A DNA stretch of 64,000 nt from an uncultured Clostridia bacterium (GTDB lineage: Bacteria > Bacillota > Clostridia > TANB77 > CAG-508). The stretch lies in the NCBI GenBank assembly GCA_944387495.1, contig CALXFD010000001.1:22025-86024 (forward strand), written 5' to 3'. Below are positions 29,203-39,923 of this stretch, one piece after another; positions within the stretch are counted from its first letter, which is position 1, and every line of letters starts with the position of its first letter. The notes below the pieces were generated by a model. The model was not told where the DNA came from. It saw nothing but the letters and a program-made list of their open reading frames with translations, and ran no database searches. Position numbers and translations under genes: made by a program.

Positions 29203-29952
29203 TTATTGATACATTCCTAATGTGAAAATTTTCATTAATATTAGTTTTATTGTTTCAAAAGGTATATATATACTTATAAATGTTGCTATTACTATAAAAG
29301 GTCCAAAAGGTATATATTCATTTGTCTTCTTTAATTTTGTTGCTAGTAAAATTATGCTAAGTATTGCACCTATTAGAAATGATACTAATGTTATTATGAT
29401 TATATTTGATAACCCAAAATATAATCCTAATGCTCCCATTAATTTAACATCTCCAAATCCCATAGCCTCTTTTCCATAAACTAGTCCACCTACTAGTGTT
29501 ATTAACAAAAATATTCCTGCTCCTGCTACCATTCCTAATAACATATTTAATGTTATTGCTACATCTGATAATCCATATACAAATGCAAATAATATTCCTA
29601 TTTCAAAAATTGTTAAATTTAATCTATTCGGAATTATTTGAAGTCTATAATCTATTACAAATGCTGATAGTAATAATGGTGTTAATATCATAAATTTAAT
29701 TAAATCTAAATTTGCAACTATTGTTTCTTTTATTCCATAATTATATATTAGTGTTATATATATTATGGATGTTAATAACATTAATATGTAATTTGGTTTA
29801 AAACTTTTCTTATATTCTTTTACTATATCTAATGATATTACTTTTTTATATTCTGGCAACCTCTTATTTGCCCAATCAACCATTTGTCCAACAAATAAGC
29901 CTACTATCGCTGCTACGAGATAATATCCTATATGTACATCATTAAAATACAT
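29203..29952 (-). CDS. prepilin peptidase (A24 family)
   Basis: Polytopic membrane ORF with a GFGDVKLMGALG motif. Confidence 0.8.
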   Translation of the reverse strand: MYFNDVHIGYYLVAAIVGLFVGQMVDWANKRLPEYKKVISLDIVKEYKKSFKPNYILMLLTSIIYITLIYNYGIKETIVANLDLIKFMILTPLLLSAFVIDYRLQIIPNRLNLTIFEIGILFAFVYGLSDVAITLNMLLGMVAGAGIFLLITLVGGLVYGKEAMGFGDVKLMGALGLYFGLSNIIIITLVSFLIGAILSIILLATKLKKTNEYIPFGPFIVIATFISIYIPFETIKLILMKIFTLGMYQ

Positions 29953-29972
29953 CTTTATTCTCCTCGTTTATT

Positions 29973-30464
29973 TCATTTTTCTTTTTTTAGTTGTTCTTTT
30001 ATTTTATTTTCTATTGGTCTTTTCCATGCAGTATACCAAAATTCATTCTCTTTTATTGGGTCAACTAAAATAGTATACATTTTACATCTATTTCCCCCAA
30101 TAATATCTGTAAAAATTTGATCTCCAACAATTGCAATATTTTCTGGTTTTTCATTCAACTCCCTTTGAACTTTTTTAAACCCTCTCTTCAATGGTTTCAT
30201 CGCAAATCTATGATATGGAATATCCAATTTTTTTGATATATTTTTCAATTTTTCTTTATCATTTGAATTTGACAATATATATAATTTTACACCTTGACCT
30301 TTTAACTCTCTTGTCCATTTAACAATTTCTTCACTTAGTATTTTTTGTTTATCAATCAAAGTATTATCTACATCTAATATTAATGCTTTTATTTTATTTT
30401 TATTTAAAAACTCTATACTTATATTTTCTACTTTACTAAAATAAGATTTTGGATATAAAGTCAT
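29973..30464 (-). CDS. YqeG-family HAD phosphatase
   Basis: ILDVDNTL...IVGDQIFTDIIGGN. Confidence 0.8.
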   Translation of the reverse strand: MTLYPKSYFSKVENISIEFLNKNKIKALILDVDNTLIDKQKILSEEIVKWTRELKGQGVKLYILSNSNDKEKLKNISKKLDIPYHRFAMKPLKRGFKKVQRELNEKPENIAIVGDQIFTDIIGGNRCKMYTILVDPIKENEFWYTAWKRPIENKIKEQLKKEK

Positions 30465-30502
30465 TTTTCCTCCTATTTTTTCATTTATTCAATAATATAT
30501 TA

Positions 30503-31228
30503 TCAATTACTTAATTTTTTGTCAACAATTTTTAAAAGCTCAAAATCAAGCCCATCCGCACTCACCAATTTAAACTCTATGCCAAAATATTCTCCCTCCA
30601 CCGCATCTCTTATCGCAGTACTATGCAAATGTGCATAATAACATTTCTTAATCTCATATTTTTGCAACATCTTTATAAACTCATTTGTTTCATTATTTTG
30701 CACATTTTGCCTTACAATTGGTGGATAATGCATAAAAGCAATCATATTTTCATTATTTTCTTTATATTTTAATCCATCCTGTATAGATAACTCTAATCTT
30801 GCTACCTCTCTATTTATCATTTTTTTAGCCTCTTCGTCATCTTGCAAATTCCAGCCTCTTGTTCCAACTATTATTGTGTTCTCATATTTATATGAGTTAT
30901 TATATAAAAAATCTATATTTTCCATTCCATTTTCTTTTATATATTTCCTCATACTTGTTACTGTACTCCACCAATAGTCATGATTTCCTTTTAACAAAAT
31001 TTTCTTTCCTGGAAGTTTATTTATATATTCAAAATCCTTTATTGTATCTTTTAAATATGTAGACCATGAAAAATCACCTGGCAATATAACTAAGTCTTGT
31101 TCTTTTACTTTTTTTCGCCAGTCTTTTTCTATCTTTTCTTCATATCCTTCCCAATTTGTCCCAAATATGCTCATTGGCTTGTCTTCGCTAAATGATAAAT
31201 GTAAATCTCCTATTGTGTATATTGACAT
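30503..31228 (-). CDS. metallophosphoesterase
   Basis: IGDLHLS...LPGDFSW...GNHDYWW motifs. Confidence 0.75.
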   Translation of the reverse strand: MSIYTIGDLHLSFSEDKPMSIFGTNWEGYEEKIEKDWRKKVKEQDLVILPGDFSWSTYLKDTIKDFEYINKLPGKKILLKGNHDYWWSTVTSMRKYIKENGMENIDFLYNNSYKYENTIIVGTRGWNLQDDEEAKKMINREVARLELSIQDGLKYKENNENMIAFMHYPPIVRQNVQNNETNEFIKMLQKYEIKKCYYAHLHSTAIRDAVEGEYFGIEFKLVSADGLDFELLKIVDKKLSN

Positions 31229-31277
31229 TTTTTCTTTTCTAATGATATAGATATCATTATCTCCTTATTTTGCTATA

Positions 31278-31310
31278 TTTAGGTTTTTAATAGGTTTTAC
31301 CTATAAACCT
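31278..31310 (-). repeat. intercistronic hairpin motif AGGTTT-ATAGG..CCTAT-AAACCT, copy 1
   Basis: Minus strand reads AGGTTTATAGGTAAAACCTATTAAAAACCTAAA, immediately after the stop at 31313. Confidence 0.7.
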
Positions 31311-31312
31311 GT

Positions 31313-31696
31313 TTATTGGGCATTATTTCCAATTAAATTTTCTCTTTGTTCTTTAATTTCTGTTGTCATTTTTTTACCACAAAAATCACATCTATTTGTA
31401 TCTTCTGCACATTGTTTACAAATATCTTCATGCATTGATGAATCTTCGAATGTTGCTCCACAAATTTTACATGTATGTGGTGCTAAATCCATTGTTGCCA
31501 TATGTAATACTACATTACAATTATCATCTCCAAAAGCTTCTTTTGCTTTCTTTTCTTTTTCGCTACTTTTTCCATAAATTACTGCAAATACTGCTATTAC
31601 TATGATTAATATTATTACTGCTAATAATATTAAAATTTTATTTGATTTTGTTTTTTCTTTTGTTTCTTTCTCTACTTTTTTATTTTCTTTATCCAT
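31313..31696 (-). CDS. hypothetical membrane-anchored cysteine-rich protein
   Basis: 127-aa ORF with one TM and CKIC...CKQC...CDFCG. Confidence 0.4.
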   Translation of the reverse strand: MDKENKKVEKETKEKTKSNKILILLAVIILIIVIAVFAVIYGKSSEKEKKAKEAFGDDNCNVVLHMATMDLAPHTCKICGATFEDSSMHEDICKQCAEDTNRCDFCGKKMTTEIKEQRENLIGNNAQ

Positions 31697-31718
31697 ATTT
31701 TTCTCCCCCGTTTTCTTC

Positions 31719-32720
31719 TTATAATTTTAAATTTGGTACAGCATTTAAGTCTAAATTATCTCTTCTTCCTGCTATATAGTTATAATATCCTGCTGATGCT
31801 ATCATTGCTGCATTATCTGTGCATAGTTTCATGTCTGGCATGTATACTTTTATACCTTTTTCTTTTAAATTTAAAAATTCTTGTCTTATATAACTATTTG
31901 CTGATACTCCTCCTGCTAATACTATCGTATTTAAATTTGTAAGTTTTATTGCTTTCTTTACATTTTCAATTAAAATCTCTGTTACTGTCTTTTCAAAGCT
32001 TGCACATAAATCTGCTTTATTTATATCTGGCATTTTATGGTGTAAGTTTATTACTGCTGTTTTTATTCCACTAAAACTAAAATCTAAATTATCAAAATGA
32101 GTTTTTGGTAATTCTATATTTGGCTTTCCTTCTTTTGCTAGTTTATCAATTTTAGGTCCACCTGGATAACCTAAACCTACTACTCTTGCTACTTTATCAA
32201 ATGCTTCTCCTATTGCGTCATCTCTTGTTTTTCCAAGCATTTCAAATGTTGTATAATCTTTTACATGTACTATTCCTGTATTCCCACCTGACATCATTAC
32301 ACATAAAAATGGTGGTTCTAATTCTTTATATGTTATATAGTTTGCCGCAATATGTCCTTGGATATGGTTAACTCCTACTAGCGGTATATTATTTGCTAAG
32401 CTTAAAGCTTTTGCATATGATAAGCCAACTAACAATGCTCCTACTAATCCTGGGCCATATGTTGGAGTTATTGCTGTAATATCTTGCATACTAACATTTG
32501 CAGTTTCTAATGCTTTTTTAAACACTCTTGAAATAGCTTCAATATGATTTCGTGAAGCTATTTCTGGTACTACCCCACCATATTTTTCATGTATTGGTAT
32601 TTGTGTATCTATTATATTTGATAAAATTTCTCTTCCATTTTTAACAACTGCTACTGATGTTTCATCACAACTTGTTTCAATTCCTAGTGTTAATATATCT
32701 TTCATTTTATATCCTCGCAT
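31719..32720 (-). CDS. tsaD: tRNA N6-adenosine threonylcarbamoyltransferase
   Basis: [14 protein letters not shown]...HIQGHI. The real start may be the second ATG (MKDIL, 32705). Confidence 0.93.
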   Translation of the reverse strand: MRGYKMKDILTLGIETSCDETSVAVVKNGREILSNIIDTQIPIHEKYGGVVPEIASRNHIEAISRVFKKALETANVSMQDITAITPTYGPGLVGALLVGLSYAKALSLANNIPLVGVNHIQGHIAANYITYKELEPPFLCVMMSGGNTGIVHVKDYTTFEMLGKTRDDAIGEAFDKVARVVGLGYPGGPKIDKLAKEGKPNIELPKTHFDNLDFSFSGIKTAVINLHHKMPDINKADLCASFEKTVTEILIENVKKAIKLTNLNTIVLAGGVSANSYIRQEFLNLKEKGIKVYMPDMKLCTDNAAMIASAGYYNYIAGRRDNLDLNAVPNLKL

Positions 32721-32753
32721 ATTTAATATGCAATTTTCTCCTTTTATGATTTA

Positions 32754-32780
32754 TTTAGGTTTTAAGGTTTCCTATAACCT
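32754..32780 (-). repeat. intercistronic hairpin motif, copy 2
   Basis: Minus strand reads AGGTTATAGGAAACCTTAAAACCTAAA, between the M50 protease stop and the tsaD RBS. Confidence 0.65.
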
Positions 32781-32786
32781 ATATTT

Positions 32787-33533
32787 TTATACTGGTACTC
32801 CTGTTATAAATCCTGCTAAATGTAAAATTCCATTGCTTATTGCACTTATTGCTGGTGATATTATAATACTTGCAAGTCCTGTAATCCATATTACTACAAA
32901 TATGATGTAAAAAATTTGCTCGTTATTAATAAACCATGACTTTGCATTATATGGTAAAAATGGCATTATTATTTTTGAACCATCTAGTGGTGGTAATGGT
33001 ATTAGGTTAAATACTCCTAAACCTATATTTATTGATACTATTGATGAGATTAGTGTTCTTATAATAAAACCCATGTTAGACCTCAAAAAATCTGCACTAC
33101 CAAATTTATATGCCAAACAATAAATTATAGCAAAAATTATTGCAAGTATTATATTCATTGCTGGCCCTGCTATTGAAACAAGTGCTTCACCTTTTTCCAT
33201 AGACATTTTTCTTGTATAATTTCTTGGGTTTACATGGACTGGTTTTCCCCATCCAAATCCCGCAAATACTAATAATAAAGTTCCTATTGGGTCAAGATGA
33301 GCAAATGGGTTTAAACTTAGTCGACCTTCTCTTCTTGCAGTATCATCTCCTAATTTGTCTGCTACAAAAGCATGTGCAAATTCGTGGAAAGTTATAGCAA
33401 TTAATACTGCTGGTATGCTGATTACTAGTGAAAATAGCATTCCTGGGTTTGTAGTATATTGTACTATCATTGACAATACCATTATTGCTATTATTATATA
33501 AATAATTCTTTTATCAAATGAAAAATTGAACAT
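32787..33533 (-). CDS. site-2 protease family (M50) membrane metalloprotease
   Basis: HEFAHAF motif and NLIPLPPLDGS in a polytopic ORF. Confidence 0.8.
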   Translation of the reverse strand: MFNFSFDKRIIYIIIAIMVLSMIVQYTTNPGMLFSLVISIPAVLIAITFHEFAHAFVADKLGDDTARREGRLSLNPFAHLDPIGTLLLVFAGFGWGKPVHVNPRNYTRKMSMEKGEALVSIAGPAMNIILAIIFAIIYCLAYKFGSADFLRSNMGFIIRTLISSIVSINIGLGVFNLIPLPPLDGSKIIMPFLPYNAKSWFINNEQIFYIIFVVIWITGLASIIISPAISAISNGILHLAGFITGVPV

Positions 33534-33636
33534 ATTTTTCCCCCTAAATCTTTTTTATGTAAAAAATGCAACATCATTATTTTTCTCTAATGTTGCATTT
33601 TTCTAATAGTTATCTTATGTTATAAAATTACATAAA

Positions 33637-34398
33637 TTAATTAATTTCTTTTTCTACTTGTTCTATAACACCTTTGTATTCTAATAATTTTTCATCAAGT
33701 CTTTTTTGACATTTTTCAAAAACTTCAACAAGTAAGCTTATATCTTCTGTTGTTTGTGCTGTATATAAAGCATTTCTATATTCCTTATTATATTCATCAT
33801 CTATTGCAATCAAATCAACATTATTTTCTATACATTGTTTAAATATGACAAATCTTCCAATTCTACCATTTCCATCCTGAAAAGGGTGTATATGTTCGAA
33901 TTCTTGATGAAAATTAGCTATTGCATAAATGTCTTTTTTACTTTCTTTCCAATCTTCTAATAAATTGAACATACAATTTTCTACTAAATGTGGTTCACAC
34001 AATTTCAGGTCTGTTTTAGATAGTCTATTTTCATATTTTTTCCATTTTCCTATATTATCTATTTCTTCGTCTACTGTCCCTTTTTTTAATATTCTGTGCC
34101 ATTCCCACAACAAATATTTATCTAAAGGTTGCTTTAATGTATTTATAACATTATCAAATAACTCTAGTGAATTTTTTGTTTCTATAACATCATCTAAAAA
34201 ATGCTCTCCATTTACTTGCCTTTGTTCTAATAAATCTATTAAATTTTCTTTGCTAAATGTACTTCCTTCTAGTTTATTTGAATGATATAAATATTCTATT
34301 TTTATAGCATCATATGCTGAATTTTTTATTTTAGATAATTTTTGCATTGTGTCAATAGAAATTTTCACATATATTTCCCCTTTCGTAATTATTCTCAT
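33637..34398 (-). CDS. Fic family protein (class II type with internal inhibitory motif)
   Basis: HPFQDGNGRIGR active-site motif. N-terminal SNKLEG fits the (S/T)xxxE(G/N) inhibitory helix. Confidence 0.8.
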   Translation of the reverse strand: MRIITKGEIYVKISIDTMQKLSKIKNSAYDAIKIEYLYHSNKLEGSTFSKENLIDLLEQRQVNGEHFLDDVIETKNSLELFDNVINTLKQPLDKYLLWEWHRILKKGTVDEEIDNIGKWKKYENRLSKTDLKLCEPHLVENCMFNLLEDWKESKKDIYAIANFHQEFEHIHPFQDGNGRIGRFVIFKQCIENNVDLIAIDDEYNKEYRNALYTAQTTEDISLLVEVFEKCQKRLDEKLLEYKGVIEQVEKEIN

Positions 34399-34401
34399 AC
34401 T

Positions 34402-35910
34402 TTAATTTAAAGGTTTCATTGTTGGGAATAATAATACATCTCTAATTGAAGCAGAATCTGTTAATAACATAATAAATCTGTCTATTCCTATTCCTAATCC
34501 TCCTGTTGGTGGTAAACCTATTTCTAACGCTTGGATATAGTCCTCATCCATCATTCCAGCTTCTTCATCTCCTGCATCTCTTGCTTCTACTTGTTTTTTA
34601 AATCTCTCATATTGGTCTATTGGGTCATTTAATTCTGAGAATGCATTACCATATTCTCTTCCTCCAATAAATACTTCAAATCTTTCTGTTAATCTTTCAT
34701 CTTTTACACTTCTTTTAGCAAGTGGTGAAATTTCTACTGGATAATCATATATAAATGTTGGTTGTATTAATGTTTTTTCTACATATTCATCAAAGAATAG
34801 GCTTATAACATCTCCTCTTGTTTCTTTTGTTTTATCAGGAATTTCTATATTTCTTTCTTTTGCTAGTCTTACTGCTTCTTCATCTGTATTTATTTCATTA
34901 AAATCTATTCCTGTTGCTTCTTTTATTGAATCTATCATTGTTATTCTTTTCCATCCAGGTGTTAGGTCTATTTCTTGTCCTTGATATGTAATTTTTGTTG
35001 TTCCTAAAACTTCTTTTGCTGTTCTTGAAAATAGTTCTTCTGTTATATCCATCATATCATGGTAATCTTGATATGAAGCATATAATTCTAGCATTGTAAA
35101 TTCTGGGTTGTGTCTTATATCCATTCCTTCATTTCTAAATACTCTTCCTAATTCATATACTTTGTTAAATCCACCTACTATTAACCTTTTTAAGTTTAGT
35201 TCTAGTGCTATTCTTAAATACATATTAATATCTAATGAGTTATGGTGTGTTATAAATGGTCTTGCTGTCGCTCCTCCTGATATTGTGTTTAATATTGGTG
35301 TTTCTACTTCTAAGAATCCTTTTTCATCTAATATTTTTCTTATATTGCTTATAATTTTACTTCTTAATAAAAATGTTTGTTTTACTTCTGGATTTACTAT
35401 TAAATCTGTATATCTTTGTCTATATCTTAAATCTGGGTCTTTTAGTCCATGGAATTTTTCTGGTAATGGTCTTAATGATTTTGAAAGTAATGTTACTTCT
35501 TTTGCATGTACTGATATTTCTTCTGTTCTTGTTTTAAATACAAAACCTGTTATTCCTATAATATCTCCTATATCCCATGTTTTGAATGCTTTGTAACTTT
35601 CTTCTCCTAAGTCATTTATACTTACATAACTTTGGATTTTTTCATCACAATCTTGTATTGTACAAAATGATGCTTTTCCCATTATTCTTTTTGCTATTAT
35701 TCTTCCAGCTACTGTTACATCTTTTTGTTCAAATTGTTCATAGTTTGCTTTTATTTCTCCTGCTGTGTTTGTTCTATTGAATTTTGTTATTTCATATGGG
35801 TCTTTTCCTTGTTCTTGTAATTCTTTTAATTTATCTCTTCTTATTTGCATTAAATGATTTAAGTCTAATTCTGGTTCTTGATTGTTTGTGTTGTTTTTAT
35901 TTTCTGACAT
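34402..35910 (-). CDS. lysS: lysine--tRNA ligase (class II)
   Basis: 502-aa ORF with [18 protein letters not shown] and GGLGIGIDR. Confidence 0.95.
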   Translation of the reverse strand: MSENKNNTNNQEPELDLNHLMQIRRDKLKELQEQGKDPYEITKFNRTNTAGEIKANYEQFEQKDVTVAGRIIAKRIMGKASFCTIQDCDEKIQSYVSINDLGEESYKAFKTWDIGDIIGITGFVFKTRTEEISVHAKEVTLLSKSLRPLPEKFHGLKDPDLRYRQRYTDLIVNPEVKQTFLLRSKIISNIRKILDEKGFLEVETPILNTISGGATARPFITHHNSLDINMYLRIALELNLKRLIVGGFNKVYELGRVFRNEGMDIRHNPEFTMLELYASYQDYHDMMDITEELFSRTAKEVLGTTKITYQGQEIDLTPGWKRITMIDSIKEATGIDFNEINTDEEAVRLAKERNIEIPDKTKETRGDVISLFFDEYVEKTLIQPTFIYDYPVEISPLAKRSVKDERLTERFEVFIGGREYGNAFSELNDPIDQYERFKKQVEARDAGDEEAGMMDEDYIQALEIGLPPTGGLGIGIDRFIMLLTDSASIRDVLLFPTMKPLN

Positions 35911-36098
35911 TTATATCTCTCCTTTTCTTTTTGGCTTTTTTACTTGGTATATTATACCTTAAAATGTGGAAAAAGTAAAGGAAACTAAGTTGATTTTTCA
36001 AATTAGTTTCCTTTCTTGTTCTTTTATTTCTTCCTTTCATATGTTGACACATCTTCTCACTTTTGGAGTCTTCTATAAAATTTAGCCTCTTGACTATT

Positions 36099-37787
36099 TT
36101 ATATTTTTTCTACATATATCTTATCATTTACTGCTACTACTGTGTAACAAATTATGTCTTTCAAATCTCTAATTTCGTCAAATTCTCTATACTCTTCTAT
36201 TTGTTTCTTTGCTTCTTCTTGTTTTTCTTTTAATCTTCCTTCTTCTCCCTTTTTCAAGTATTTAAACTCAATCATTACTCCTTTATATCCTCTATTTGAA
36301 TCTTTTGGCATTAATAAAATATCTGGATATTTTCTTTGTATTTCCATTTCTGATTTTAGTCTAAATATTTTTAAATTCATTGCTATACAGAAAAATATTA
36401 ATTTCACATATTTTTCATCAAATTTTTGATAATCTCTATTTGATAAATTTGTTAAATATTCTTGTACCTTTTCCATTATTTTGTCTATTTTTCCTTCTAT
36501 TGCTATTTCTTTTGCTATCTCTGTATAATCACTTTGTGTTACTTCTAATTCTGTTTTTTGTTTTAATATTTCCATAAAGTATTCTGAATATATTTCTCTC
36601 ATTACTTTATTTGGTATTTTTAGTTCTAATTTTCCAAATTCTTCTCCTGTTATTGTTAAATACCCTAAATAAAATAACATTGAAATTAGGTCTATATCTG
36701 TAAATTCCATTGCTGGATTAAATTTTTGCCTTATTTCACTTACTATTCCTTCTCCTGATACTGTTTTTTCTATTATTTTTTCTCTTTCTTCTCCTTGGCA
36801 CAAATCTAACATTTTTCCTAATTTTGTATAATCACTTGCTATGTTCATGTCTATTAATTGTTCTGGCATTCTTCCTAATCCTATATAATTATTTAAAAAG
36901 TATAGACACATATTAGAGTTATATATTTTTTCTTTTCCATGTAATGAAAATTTATATCCATCGTAGTTTTCTCTCATTATTGGTATTGTTTCTTCTTGTT
37001 GTTCTTCATTCACATTTTGTTCTTTCATTAATTCTTTTAATTCTTTTTCTGTAAATCCCATCATTTCGTTAAATCTTTCATCTTGTGTTTTGTCTGAACT
37101 TATATTAAATCCTGATGTTAAACTGTCTAATGTTATTGGTGCTACTCCTGTTATAAATATTCTATCTACTACACTTTCTGTTCCTTTTTTTAGTATTTCA
37201 TACCATTTTCTTACTTTTCCGTTTTTAGATACTAAACTTTTAAATTGGCTTGTGTTAAATCCTAGTAATTCATTTGCAAAATGGTCATATTCATCTATTA
37301 TTACATATATTTTTTCTTCATTTCTTTGGATATAAAATGCTTTAAACAAATTGTCTAATATGTTTTCTGCTTCATCTTCCATGTTTATATAAAAATCCAA
37401 TCCATACTTATCAATAAATAATTTTATTGATGATGCTACCTCACTTTTAAATCCTTTTATTGTTGATTCTTCATCTGTTGTATCTATCCCTGAAAAGTTA
37501 AATTTTAATATATGATAGGTATTTTTTAATTTTGTTGGCTCTTTTCCTATATATGTTTCTCCAAATAATTCTTGAAATTTGTCTATTTTTTTGAAATCAT
37601 AATAATTTTCTAACATGCTTGTAAATAATGTTTTTCCAAATTTTCTTGGTCTTAAAAAAATTATATATGGCTCTGCTAAATTTTCTAATTTTTCTATATA
37701 CATCGTTTTGTCTACATAATAGTAATCATTTTCTTTTAATCTTTCATAATCACTGATTCCATATGGTAATTTTTTCATTTTTACCAT
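36099..37787 (-). CDS. AAA-ATPase-like / PD-(D/E)XK (DUF1703-type) protein
   Basis: N-terminus KKLPYGISDYERL...YYYVDKT...RPRKFGKTL and C-terminal nuclease-like IEFKY segment. Confidence 0.7.
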   Translation of the reverse strand: MVKMKKLPYGISDYERLKENDYYYVDKTMYIEKLENLAEPYIIFLRPRKFGKTLFTSMLENYYDFKKIDKFQELFGETYIGKEPTKLKNTYHILKFNFSGIDTTDEESTIKGFKSEVASSIKLFIDKYGLDFYINMEDEAENILDNLFKAFYIQRNEEKIYVIIDEYDHFANELLGFNTSQFKSLVSKNGKVRKWYEILKKGTESVVDRIFITGVAPITLDSLTSGFNISSDKTQDERFNEMMGFTEKELKELMKEQNVNEEQQEETIPIMRENYDGYKFSLHGKEKIYNSNMCLYFLNNYIGLGRMPEQLIDMNIASDYTKLGKMLDLCQGEEREKIIEKTVSGEGIVSEIRQKFNPAMEFTDIDLISMLFYLGYLTITGEEFGKLELKIPNKVMREIYSEYFMEILKQKTELEVTQSDYTEIAKEIAIEGKIDKIMEKVQEYLTNLSNRDYQKFDEKYVKLIFFCIAMNLKIFRLKSEMEIQRKYPDILLMPKDSNRGYKGVMIEFKYLKKGEEGRLKEKQEEAKKQIEEYREFDEIRDLKDIICYTVVAVNDKIYVEKI

Positions 37788-37915
37788 CCTTTCTCTCTCT
37801 TTTATTCATTTATATTTTACTATATAAAAAATAAAATAGCAATTATTTTGCTATTTTATTTTAAGTATTATATGGATTTTCTTTATTTTAAATTTAAGCT
37901 TTTTTATTTTGTAAA

Positions 37916-39892
37916 TTATATAACCAATATCATTCTAAATGTTATTCTTATAGACTTATTTCCCTCAGCATTATAACAAGCAAATATACCAGGGCTACTA
38001 GCCTCAAAGCTTCCTCCCCTATCAAAGAATGGCTCTTCATTACTAGGAAATGTCATCCAATTATTAAACCATGCTATTATTACAGTTGAAAAATTAGCAT
38101 CATAATCTCCTGCTGTTTCATATAATGCATTTCCTTTATATTTTACCATATTTTCATAATCTGTTCTTAAATCATTTACAGATTCATATACTTCTTTATA
38201 TTTCGTAGCTTTACTTTGAGTTTCTTCTGTGTTTCCATATAAGTCATTTGCTCCATCTCCGCCATATTTTTTCAAATTTTCATGTCCGTTATTTATGTAT
38301 GTTGCAACACATTCTGATGTTGTTCCGCTCATATCAAATACTCCGTTTGCATTTAAAGTTGTAGACTGTCCTTTATTTGCTTTATATATTTCTTTCTTTT
38401 CTGATGTTCCTCCTGTTATTTGATTTTTTGAATTTAATTCTATTTCTTTCCCATTTGTACCATATTTGCTATGTCCTAAATATGCAACTACTCCCCATTC
38501 ACTATTTTTCGTCATATGACTATTTAAATTTACTTTTTCTCCAAATGTTGCATCTAGTCCTGCATGATATCGTTCATTCATTGTCATATTAACTAATGGT
38601 GAATCTCCTGGTTTTACACTTATATTTTCTTTTGTTCCTGTTGTTTCAAACTTTCCTACCCATAATCCAGTTATTTCTCCAAATCCTCCTCCATTTTCTG
38701 CACTTGCTGTGAATGCTGGGTGGACTAGCCATTCATTTTGTACTCCATTTGTATATGTTACTTTACTTGGGTCTGTTATTATTGTTCCATTTTCTCCATT
38801 TAAAAATCTGTTATTTGTATCTATAAATGCTACTTCTATTGTTCCTGCTTCATTTGTATGATATCCTTTTGTTATTTTATATGCATATCTTGGTATCCAT
38901 ACAAACATACTTCCATCACTTGTTGCTACATTTGCCCATTTGCTTCCTTCTTGTTCTTCTCCTATATATTTTATTGGTGTCATATTTCCTTTTAATCTTG
39001 GTGCATTTACTTGTACTTCTTCACTATCTGTTTTTGAAATATCTTTATATCCATACCATTCACTGTCTGTCTTTGTTGTTGCTATCCAGTCTGTCGTTAT
39101 TTCTATCGGTTTTACTTCTATTTCTTTAATTGCTGATTCTACTTCTTCTCCATGGTATACTTGTACTTCATATACTCCTAACTCTTCTACTCTTATATCT
39201 ATTTCTGTTCCTTCAAATTCTTCTGTTTGCTTCCATTCTTCTCTTCCTTTTATTCTGTATCTTACTTGCCATTTATTTATCGCTTTTGTTGATGTTATAT
39301 CAAATACTGTTATATTTCCCTTTATTGGGCTTTCTGTTTGTGAAGCTAATTCAAAGTCTATCTCCTTTTGGGTATCATTATAGTCTATGTTATATAAACC
39401 ATCTGGTAATTGAGCTACTGTATAGCATACCTTGCCATCAAAATCCACTCCTATTACTGCTACTACGCTTCTTTTTTCTACATTTACAAAGTATTCATTT
39501 TCTACTCCGTCTATTCCTAGCCCCTTTATTATATCTTCATTATAATATTTATAACCTGTGCTATCTGTTATTCCAGAAGCATCTTGTGTAAATACTTCAC
39601 TTGCCTTTCCTCCTGCTTCTGTTATATTTTTTCCTATATTTTTTATTTCTTCTCCTTTATATTTTGTTCCATTTATCTCTACTTCTTTGTTATTTTTATA
39701 TGCATCATATAGCTCATTTGCTTCTACTTGCATTATCTTCATTTCTGTTGTAAATTTTGTTTGTTTTGATGATTTTATTGTTTGTACTCCACTTGTTATT
39801 CCTATTCCTGCTAATATTAATAGCACTATTATTGTTATTACTAAACTTATTAGGGTTACTCCCTTTTGATTGTTTGTTTTTCTTTTCATCAT
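37916..39892 (-). CDS. secreted protein with prepilin-type N-terminal signal; C-terminal region possibly FGE-sulfatase-like
   Basis: N-terminus KGVTLISLVITIIVLLILAGIG is a class III signal-like sequence. The C-terminal half has EWLVHPAF, GLWVGKFE and RGGSF. The domain call is tentative. Confidence 0.5.
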   Translation of the reverse strand: MMKRKTNNQKGVTLISLVITIIVLLILAGIGITSGVQTIKSSKQTKFTTEMKIMQVEANELYDAYKNNKEVEINGTKYKGEEIKNIGKNITEAGGKASEVFTQDASGITDSTGYKYYNEDIIKGLGIDGVENEYFVNVEKRSVVAVIGVDFDGKVCYTVAQLPDGLYNIDYNDTQKEIDFELASQTESPIKGNITVFDITSTKAINKWQVRYRIKGREEWKQTEEFEGTEIDIRVEELGVYEVQVYHGEEVESAIKEIEVKPIEITTDWIATTKTDSEWYGYKDISKTDSEEVQVNAPRLKGNMTPIKYIGEEQEGSKWANVATSDGSMFVWIPRYAYKITKGYHTNEAGTIEVAFIDTNNRFLNGENGTIITDPSKVTYTNGVQNEWLVHPAFTASAENGGGFGEITGLWVGKFETTGTKENISVKPGDSPLVNMTMNERYHAGLDATFGEKVNLNSHMTKNSEWGVVAYLGHSKYGTNGKEIELNSKNQITGGTSEKKEIYKANKGQSTTLNANGVFDMSGTTSECVATYINNGHENLKKYGGDGANDLYGNTEETQSKATKYKEVYESVNDLRTDYENMVKYKGNALYETAGDYDANFSTVIIAWFNNWMTFPSNEEPFFDRGGSFEASSPGIFACYNAEGNKSIRITFRMILVI

Positions 39893-39923
39893 TAGTCTCC
39901 TTTTAATCTTTCTTTATTAATAA